Source of the DNA: an uncultured Acidobacteriota bacterium | GTDB taxonomy: Bacteria > Acidobacteriota > Terriglobia > UBA7540 | Assembly (NCBI GenBank): GCA_963825395.1 | Contig: CAWGTQ010000016.1 | Location: 388,269-452,268 of the forward strand | Length of the DNA stretch: 64,000 bases | Direction: 5' to 3' | Translations under genes and position numbers: made by a program | The notes under the pieces: generated by a model | What the model was told of the DNA's origin: nothing | What the model saw: the letters and a program-made list of their open reading frames with translations, nothing else | Databases searched by the model: none | Shown: piece after piece, positions 57,414-64,000 of the stretch | Layout: each line of letters begins with the position of its first letter | Numbering within the stretch: the first letter of the stretch is position 1

Positions 57414-57540
57414 GCGCGGAGTTATTCCGCCCCGAGCGGGATGGTTCTGCGGCTCTTCGTTGCGCAGATCAATAAACGTGTGGACCTTTTTCGTATTCAG
57501 ACCCGCGGAGTAGTGCGCTGCGCGCGCAACTCCGCGCTAC
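57411..57540. repeat. 130-nt element with perfect 13-nt terminal inverted repeats
   Basis: GTAGCGCGGAGTT lies at 57411-57423 and AACTCCGCGCTAC at 57528-57540. Confidence 0.6.
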
Positions 57541-57904
57541 CGGCTTTCGCATTAAAAAACATGTTTACGCTCATGGTATTCAGAGCTTGGAGGTGTATAC
57601 TTTTGCCTGCCCGAGGCCCAGGAAGGAAGTTCCGTATCGACAAAGCAAGCTGGTAACGCAGCTCCTCTGCCCGACTGGCATGGTGCCGAGCCTTACCGGG
57701 CCGGAGTGCTCTCGCTCGCAGCGCATCGACCTGGGGTGAAAGTGCAGACGCGCGAGTTGATCGGGAGGAATGCCTCCCGGCCCGCGCTTCGACCTCGACC
57801 CCTCTCTCGCCAAGTCTTCAGAGTTTGTAGCGTGCAAGGGTCCCTCATCGTCCCGCCTCGGTAACAAGGGAGGGCCGTATCTCCGACAAGGGAGGAATAT
57901 CGAA

Positions 57905-59092
57905 GTGACAAAAAATATTTCGCGAAGGTCCTTTATGGTTGGTGCGGCCACTGCGGCGGCGGCCCTGCGTGTTGGTGGGGCGAATGACCGCATTCGCCTG
58001 GGCATCATCGGCTCGGGCCAGCGTGGGCAGTACTTGATGACCAGGGCCAACGAGACCGGCAATATTGAATGGGTAGCGATTTCTGACATCTACGACGCCC
58101 GGCGCGATGAAGCCGAGAAGGTGGCGAAGACCCGTGTCGACAAGTACCCCGATTACCATGAATTACTCGATCGCAAAGATATCGACGGCGTAATTGTGGC
58201 GACTTTCGATCACATGCATTCCCAGATATCCATCGACGCCTGCAGGGCCGGCAAGGACGTTTACGTCGAAAAGCCCATGACCTCGTTGCCCGAGCAGGGG
58301 CCACCCCTGGTGCGCGCCGTCCGTGAAACCCACCGCATCCTGCAAGTGGGAATGCAGCAGCGGACCACGGCCCACTTCGCCGAAGCCAAGCAGAAATATT
58401 TCGATACCGGCGTGATCGGCAAGGTCAACATGGTCCGAACGATCTGGAACGGCAACAGCGGTTATTTGACGCCAGTCCCCCCCGGCATGGAGCAGAAGCC
58501 TGCGGGTCTCGATTGGGACGCTTGTCTTGCCTGGCTTCCCAAGATTCCCTGGGACCCCAAGCGCTATTTCAACCGCTTCGCTTACTGGGATTTCTCCACC
58601 GGCGGTCAGACCGGAGGCCTGTTCGTGCACATGGTCGACGTGGTTCACTGGTTCATGAACCTGACGCATCCCTTGGCGGCCGTGGCGGGCGGAGGAATTT
58701 ATCTTTACGACGACGGACGCGACACGCCTGACAACGTCAATTTCATTGTGGAATACCCCGAGAAGCTCAACGTGACGTTTGAAGCTACGATCACCGATAT
58801 GATCGGACGGGACAACGCGGACATCGTCTTCATGGGTACCGGCGGGAGGCTCTCTATCTTCCGCTACGGTTACAAGTTCATCCCCAGCAAACAAAATCCC
58901 CAACTGGCCGAGGCCACCGTGCCCGGCGTGAACGACCAGCACATGAGAAATTGGCTGGACTGCATGCGCAGCCGCAAGCAACCCAATGGCGACGTGGTGA
59001 ATGGACACTATTCGGCGATGGCTTGCCATATCGGTGATATCGCTTACCAGCAGAAAACCCGGACCACCTGGCAAAAGGAGTGGGAGGTATGA
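57905..59092 (+). CDS. Tat-signal Gfo/Idh/MocA family oxidoreductase
   Basis: I chose the GTG at 57905, 8 nt after GGGAGGA. The twin-arginine leader is ISRRSFMVGAATAAAAL. The Rossmann motif is IRLGIIGSGQRG, and EKP is present (YVEKPM). Confidence 0.8.
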   Translation: MTKNISRRSFMVGAATAAAALRVGGANDRIRLGIIGSGQRGQYLMTRANETGNIEWVAISDIYDARRDEAEKVAKTRVDKYPDYHELLDRKDIDGVIVATFDHMHSQISIDACRAGKDVYVEKPMTSLPEQGPPLVRAVRETHRILQVGMQQRTTAHFAEAKQKYFDTGVIGKVNMVRTIWNGNSGYLTPVPPGMEQKPAGLDWDACLAWLPKIPWDPKRYFNRFAYWDFSTGGQTGGLFVHMVDVVHWFMNLTHPLAAVAGGGIYLYDDGRDTPDNVNFIVEYPEKLNVTFEATITDMIGRDNADIVFMGTGGRLSIFRYGYKFIPSKQNPQLAEATVPGVNDQHMRNWLDCMRSRKQPNGDVVNGHYSAMACHIGDIAYQQKTRTTWQKEWEV

Positions 59093-59922
59093 GCATCGAA
59101 GTCGGTGTCAATATGGAATTCATCCGGTCGCAGGACAAGTCATTCACCGCCGGGGTGGAGCGAGCCACGAAATTGGGTTACAAGTACGTGGAGCCGATGG
59201 TTCACAACGGGCGGGAACTGCTGAGCGAAGCGGGATATTTCCACTCCTTCTCCCTCGATGACGATCCCGGAGAAATGAAGGACATCCTCGATCAAAACGG
59301 GGTGAAGCCTTCCGCCTTGAGCGCGCATTGCCCGCTGATGCGCCCGGAAATCAGCGTGCCGTATTTGCAGAAGGCCATTCGCCTCGCCGCCGCCATCGGC
59401 GCGCCCGTCGTCAATACTGATGAGGGCATTCGCCCCGCCTGGGTGGGCATGGATGAGGCATTCCAGATCATGAAGTACACACTCGCGACGGTGCTGCGCA
59501 CGGCCGAGCGCTATCGAGTTTTCATCGGCATTGAACCTCACCAGAGCATTTCCCGCACTACGGAAGGGCTGCTGAAAATCGTCGGCCTGGTGGAATCGCC
59601 GTTCTTACGGGTGAATTACGATACCGGAAACGTGTACCTGGCGGGCGGCGATCCTTACGAGGGATTGAAGGCCGTCAGTCCCTTGCTGGTTCACGTCCAC
59701 GCCAAGGATATTACGGTTGAGCACGCGGACGCGGAACGCGGCAAGGTGACCGGGACACCGGTGGGATGCGCCTGCGGGGATGGCGTCATCGATTGGCAGC
59801 GAGTCATTGCCATCTTGCGGGACGAGAACTTCAGCGGCGTGCTCTCCGTCGAGTGCGGCACCGAGCAGCAGGCCGCGCGCAGCTTGGCCCATCTCCACCA
59901 GGTGCTGGGTGTTGGGTGCTAG
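59089..59922 (+). CDS. sugar phosphate isomerase/epimerase (xylose isomerase-like TIM barrel)
   Basis: The ATG overlaps the upstream stop (ATGA). IGIEPH and LVHVHAKD are present. Confidence 0.8.
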   Translation: MSIEVGVNMEFIRSQDKSFTAGVERATKLGYKYVEPMVHNGRELLSEAGYFHSFSLDDDPGEMKDILDQNGVKPSALSAHCPLMRPEISVPYLQKAIRLAAAIGAPVVNTDEGIRPAWVGMDEAFQIMKYTLATVLRTAERYRVFIGIEPHQSISRTTEGLLKIVGLVESPFLRVNYDTGNVYLAGGDPYEGLKAVSPLLVHVHAKDITVEHADAERGKVTGTPVGCACGDGVIDWQRVIAILRDENFSGVLSVECGTEQQAARSLAHLHQVLGVGC

Positions 59923-60030
59923 AGGCTGGGGGCGTTCTCCAGTTGCGAGCCAGCTAATGTCTTGTTGGCCCTGACGGGCCTGGGATCTTCGGATCGTCGC
60001 AGACACAGCAGCATAGGAAGAGAGTGAATC

Positions 60031-60987
60031 ATGACTCGAATTGTTCGCAAAGCGACCGTTATGTTTACTTTTTGCTTGATCATGGGGCTGGCCTTTTCTT
60101 CAGGCCGAACGCCGTTGGGCCATGCGTTGGGGCTCGCGCAAGACACCATTCCATTCTTCCAGCCGGGGAAAATCCGCGTCCTGATCTTTTCCGGCCGTAA
60201 CAATCATGATTGGCGCGCCACGACGCCATTTCTGCGAAAAATTCTGGTAAACAGCGGCCGATTTGACGTGCGGGTGGAAGAGGAACCTGCAGGTGTTACG
60301 GCGGCGACGCTCGCGGCCTACGATGTGCTCGTCCTGGACTATGAAGGGCCGCGCTGGGGAGAAGTGACCGAAGAGGCCGTCGTGAACTTCGTGAAGCAAG
60401 GTAAAGGACTGGTGGCGGTCCACGGCGCCAACTACACCTTCACAGGTCTTGAAGTCCTGGCCGATAACCACAAGCCCTCCGGCCTCAAGCAGCCGCCCTG
60501 GCCCGAGTACTTGCAGATGATTGGCGGGTGGTGGACGGCGGGTCCGCCCAAGACCGCCCACGCTCCGCGCCATTGCTTCACGGTGAAGTTTGTGGACCGC
60601 GAGCATCCCATCACCCGTGGGTTGGCAGAGTCCTTCCGAACTTCCGATGAGCTGTACCACAGCCCCCAGATGTCGCCCGCTGCGCACATCCTGGCCACGG
60701 CTTTCGACGATCCCACGAATGGCGGCACGGGCAAGGATGAGCCCTTGATGTGGACAGTCAACTACGGCAAGGGGCGCGTCTTCTACACGGCTCTAGGCCA
60801 CGATGAGTCAGCCCAGCAGGAAAGCGGTTATGTGAGCACCGTTGCGCGCGGCGTGGAATGGGCGGCCACCGGCGCTGTCACCCTTCCGCCCGATGGTGCG
60901 CTTCCCAGCCCAGGCGCGGCCGCCCCTTCGCCTGCTGGTGGTTACCGGCGGACACGAATACGCCACCACCTTTTACACTGTCTTTGA
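60031..60987 (+). CDS. ThuA-domain protein 1 (signal peptide); possibly fused to the next ORF
   Basis: It carries KIRVLIFSGRNNHDW, GLVAVHGA and GRVFYTALGHD, which are ThuA signatures. The last ~25 aa after WAATG are low-complexity and overlap the next ORF. Confidence 0.7.
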   Translation: MTRIVRKATVMFTFCLIMGLAFSSGRTPLGHALGLAQDTIPFFQPGKIRVLIFSGRNNHDWRATTPFLRKILVNSGRFDVRVEEEPAGVTAATLAAYDVLVLDYEGPRWGEVTEEAVVNFVKQGKGLVAVHGANYTFTGLEVLADNHKPSGLKQPPWPEYLQMIGGWWTAGPPKTAHAPRHCFTVKFVDREHPITRGLAESFRTSDELYHSPQMSPAAHILATAFDDPTNGGTGKDEPLMWTVNYGKGRVFYTALGHDESAQQESGYVSTVARGVEWAATGAVTLPPDGALPSPGAAAPSPAGGYRRTRIRHHLLHCL

Positions 60988-61576
60988 AGGAGCGGACGAC
61001 CTGCACTGGGAGCACGCCCTCTCGAACCATGCGGCCTTCCGCAATGACCTTCGCAAAGACTTCGACGTATTAGTGCTTTACGATTTTTCGCAGGATATCA
61101 GCGACGCAGAAAAGACCAACTTGCGCAACTTCGTGGAAGGGGGCAAAGGAATCGTGGTGCTCCATCACGCCATCGCCGATTATCAGGACTGGGAATGGTG
61201 GTTCAAGGAGGTGGTAGGGGGCAAATACCTTCTCAAACCCGACGGCTCCATGCCCGCATCGACGTATCTGCACGGTCAGGAGGCTTGTGTGACGCCCGTC
61301 ATGCGCCATCCCATCACCGCGCGGATCGGACCCATGCACTTGTGGGACGAAACTTATAAGGGTATGTGGATCTCGCCGGACGTGAAAGTGCTGCTCCGGA
61401 GCGATGCTCCCACCAGTGACGGTCCCGTCGCCTGGATTAGCCCTTACACGAAATCGCGCGTGGTCTACATCCAACTCGGCCACGGTGAGACCGCGCATCT
61501 TTACCCTGCCTACCGCACGCTGGTCCAAGACGCCATCCGTTGGACCGGCAGCAGACTTGATGCAGAGAAGAAGTAG
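60893..61576 (+). CDS. ThuA-domain protein 2
   Basis: It carries LRLLVVTGGHEY, GIVVLHHA and VVYIQLGHG. It sits in the +1 frame relative to ORF 1 and overlaps it by 95 nt. Confidence 0.7.
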   Translation: MVRFPAQARPPLRLLVVTGGHEYATTFYTVFEGADDLHWEHALSNHAAFRNDLRKDFDVLVLYDFSQDISDAEKTNLRNFVEGGKGIVVLHHAIADYQDWEWWFKEVVGGKYLLKPDGSMPASTYLHGQEACVTPVMRHPITARIGPMHLWDETYKGMWISPDVKVLLRSDAPTSDGPVAWISPYTKSRVVYIQLGHGETAHLYPAYRTLVQDAIRWTGSRLDAEKK

Positions 61577-61694
61577 GAAAGAGACAAGCGCAGAGTTAGC
61601 CGCAGTTCGCCTTAATCGGCGGTTCTTTAGATCAGAACCCCAACGCATTTATTACCCTCCAACGAGGAAAGGCCGCAGAGTAATCCTGCTCGGA

Positions 61695-61724
61695 GCGGGA
61701 TAACTCTGCGCTCCCGCTTTTTTC
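61695..61724 (+). terminator. possible Rho-independent terminator
   Basis: The stem pairs GCGGGA (61695-700) with TCCCGC (61712-17) and is followed by TTTTTT (61718-23). It lies about 120 nt after the ThuA stop. The stem is short. Confidence 0.4.
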
Positions 61725-61964
61725 TAAGTATTCAACCAAAGAGAAGCTTTCCCCCTTTGAAACGATGCGGGGGTTGCTGTCACTACTCAAACGAAAACCG
61801 ACGGGCCCGATGCCAGGACCATACTCCCCTCGATATTTTGCAGGTCCGTTCGGGCGCTGGACCCCGTCGCGAGCTGTTTCCAGTGAGCTTTCGAGGGATC
61901 TTAGTTAGGCTGAAGATTGATGTTTTGCAACGGGTCGAATCCTCAGAAGGTGGAGAAAAGAACG

Positions 61965-62657
61965 ATGCGAAATCTAATGGGAAATCATTGGAACCTGTTG
62001 GTGGTGGCCCTTCTTTCTTGTGCGCCAATGGCTTTCGGTGATCAAGTTACGATGACGCTCCAGCCAATCCCTGGTGGCCAACTGAACCTGGGCGGCGTTT
62101 ACACCGGCGCGTATCCCTTCTCAATAGACGGCAGTACGATGATCACCACAGCGGTGTGCGATGATTTCAACGACCAGGTCTACGTTGGTGAGTCTTGGAA
62201 GGCGAATGTCTACTCATTTTCCAGCCTGGACGCCAGTACGCCCACTGTATTGTTTGGATTAAACGGCTCCGCCAGCCAATGGCAGGATTACGACGAGGCA
62301 GCTTGGCTGGTTGAGCAAATGTACAAACCGGTCAATGCGGCTTCCGCGTCCAATATCAGCTACCCCATCTGGGGTATTTTCGAGCCGAGCGCCTTGCGCA
62401 ATGACTCTTCGGCGCATGCGTGGATTAATTCGGCAGCAAGCCAAACCTATTCGACAGGCGAATTTTCCAACTTTGAGATCCTCATGCCCATCAGTGGCAC
62501 GCAGCCGTTCGGTGTTGGTCGGCCGCAGGAATTCTTGGTCGAGACTCCCGAGTCATCTGCCCCAATCCTTTTCGGTGCGGACTTATTGGGCTTGGCCACG
62601 CTGACTTTCTTATTCCGTCGGCGCACTTCTAGAACGCAAAGCCAGCCGCAGCGGTAG
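61965..62657 (+). CDS. PEP-CTERM sorting-domain protein
   Basis: The ATG at 61965 follows GGTGGAG. The signal peptide is LLVVALLSCAPMAFG. The C-terminus reads VETPESSAPILFGADLLGLATLTFLFRRR, that is a PEP-like motif, a TM helix and a basic tail. Confidence 0.75.
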   Translation: MRNLMGNHWNLLVVALLSCAPMAFGDQVTMTLQPIPGGQLNLGGVYTGAYPFSIDGSTMITTAVCDDFNDQVYVGESWKANVYSFSSLDASTPTVLFGLNGSASQWQDYDEAAWLVEQMYKPVNAASASNISYPIWGIFEPSALRNDSSAHAWINSAASQTYSTGEFSNFEILMPISGTQPFGVGRPQEFLVETPESSAPILFGADLLGLATLTFLFRRRTSRTQSQPQR

Positions 62658-62689
62658 GCCCGAACGGTGTTCGAGCGGAGGATGTAGAA

Positions 62690-62737
62690 GTAGGGCCGAG
62701 CGGCGCTCGGCCTGGGCCGAATGCCATTCGGCCCTAC
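62690..62737. repeat. REP-C doublet, left flank of RAYT
   Basis: It reads gtagggccgagcggcgctcggcctgggccgaatgccattcggccctac. Confidence 0.8.
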
Positions 62738-63067
62738 AATTGGCCGAGGGCCCCTCGGCCCCACGTTCTCCGGCATCACGAAACCGCTATTCATCAGGAT
62801 GTGCTCTCCCTTCGGCCCCAAAACCCACAAGATGCCGTGAAGATGATTGGGCATCACTATGAAGGCGTCTAATTCAAGTTCTCGCCGGATGCTTGCCGAT
62901 TCCAGCCACTGCTCCCGTGCAAACCTGCCGCAGTCATTTTCTTCCGTGCGATCTTCCACCACATGGCCGAAGATGCAATTTCTGTTGAATGCGCAGAGCG
63001 TAACAAAGTATGCCCCCGGGAGGGCGTAGTCGTATTTCATCGACGAGATCGAATCGCGTTCTAGCAT
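62738..63067 (-). mobile_element. REP-associated tyrosine transposase (RAYT, Y1/HUH), truncated after the HUH motif
   Basis: The N-terminus reads MKYDYALPGAYFVTLCAFNRNCIFG...LDAFIVMPNHLHGILWV (the HUH motif is HLH). No C-terminal catalytic Tyr region is visible, and the ORF continues into REP sequence. Confidence 0.7.
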
Positions 63068-63069
63068 TT

Positions 63070-63117
63070 GTAGGGCCGAATGGCATTCGGTCTAGGCCGA
63101 ACCCCGCTCGGCCCTAC
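63070..63117. repeat. REP-C doublet, right flank of RAYT (inverted relative to the left copy)
   Basis: gtagggccgaatggcattcggtctaggccgaaccccgctcggccctac is close to the reverse complement of 62690-62737. Confidence 0.8.
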
Positions 63118-63378
63118 GAGTGGGCGAGCGTCGTTCGCCCCCACACCTTCGCGGGGAGTATGTACACCCATGACGCTAAAGGGGAAGCGTTTTCCGCCGC
63201 CTGCAAAGTCTCGCCCTTCCAGACCCGTGGTGAGAAATCACGGCTGGGGGGCACCCCGGGTTGCGCGAGCGTTCCCACACTCACTATACTTTATGCTTTT
63301 CGGGGATTTGGCATTACACGTACTCGCACCCGCTAGCGCGGCTTATCCCCCGATCCTCAGCAGGAAGGAGTTCGTTCG

Positions 63379-64000
63379 ATGAAGTCATCCCGCCGTAATT
63401 TTCTTTTGACCGCGGTCACGGCGCCCTTGGCGGCGCGTCTGGACCCCTGGGGGCATGGCCGTTTTGAGGCCGTGGCGGCCGTGCTGCCCGCCGGGCAAAT
63501 GCAATTTGAGAACCCGCAACTTATTCGCTACGACGCCAAGTGTTTCACCATTAATGGCAAGGATACGCTGGTGGTGAGCGGCGCTTTCCATTACCCCCGC
63601 TGTCCCAAGGCGCTCTGGCGCGATCGCTTGCAGAAATTAAAGCTGGCGGGATTTAACACGATTGAGAGCCTCGCCTTCTGGAATTATCACGAACCGCAGG
63701 AAGGCAAAGTGGACCTCGCGGAGTTTGAAGAATTCGTCAAACTCGTTCACGAGATGGGTTTCATGATGATCGTCCGTCCGGGACCCTATATCTGCGGGGA
63801 ATGGGAACGCGGAGGATATCCTTCCTGGGTGGCGGCCAAGCGTTTTCCCCTTCGCTCGCCCAATCCGGAGAGTCTGCGCGACCTCGCAGCACTGGTACTC
63901 GGAGGTTCTCCCCATCATCATGCAGAACCAGGTGACGCTGGGCGGACCGATCATCATGGTGCAGGTGGAAAATGAGTACGACTACAGCGTGCCCATGCCC
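63379..64000 (+). pseudogene. GH35 beta-galactosidase, 5' part, with a +1 frameshift near 63877-63886 (continues beyond window)
   Basis: The Tat-like leader is SRRNFLL. GH35 motifs are FHYPR, GFNTIE and GPYICGEWERGGYPSW. After ...NPESLR the homologous sequence QHWYSEVLPIIMQNQVTLGGPIIMVQVENEY continues in the +1 frame, which stays open to position 64000. Confidence 0.7.

Noticed and set aside
58163-59074. 303-aa ORF on the minus strand.
   Set aside because: It is antisense to the Tat-signal Gfo/Idh/MocA oxidoreductase and is a shadow ORF.

Overview
This is a high-GC, gene-dense bacterial chromosomal segment. The gene content looks Acidobacteriota-like, but that is an inference: CarboxypepD_reg-type TonB-dependent receptor, PEP-CTERM protein, many Gfo/Idh/MocA plus xylose-isomerase-like TIM-barrel pairs, Tat-exported glycosidases and giant TPR proteins. 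I support about 50 protein-coding genes. They include housekeeping loci (mutS2, the system II cytochrome c biogenesis pair resB/ccsA, a methylmalonyl-CoA mutase, SDRs and an MBL/beta-CASP RNase) and sugar-oxidation and glycosidase clusters. I recognised no rRNA, tRNA or CRISPR array. The accessory content is the interesting part, in six points. (1) An AhpD-like paralog has an in-frame TGA exactly on the second Cys of its CxxC motif, followed by a SECIS-like hairpin, so it is a candidate selenoprotein that the ORF track splits in two. (2) A translationally coupled three-gene operon encodes an exported TPR-CHAT protease, a polytopic membrane protein and an exported protein, and it is flanked by mobile-element debris. 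(3) A toxin-antitoxin/abortive-infection island carries DUF2283 plus a toxin-like gene and AbiEi/AbiEii; a separate mazEF cassette is bracketed by direct repeats. (4) A DndC-like gene is shattered by four REP insertions, and a NifS/DndA-like desulfurase is also dead. (5) A REPtron (truncated RAYT between inverted REP doublets) sits in the window, and at least eight REP/MITE-like repeat families are scattered through intergenic regions and even inside genes. (6) An unusual number of genes are disrupted by single nonsense or frameshift lesions. These may be real decay or assembly error. All coordinates and family calls come from reading the sequence and translations; no database search was run.
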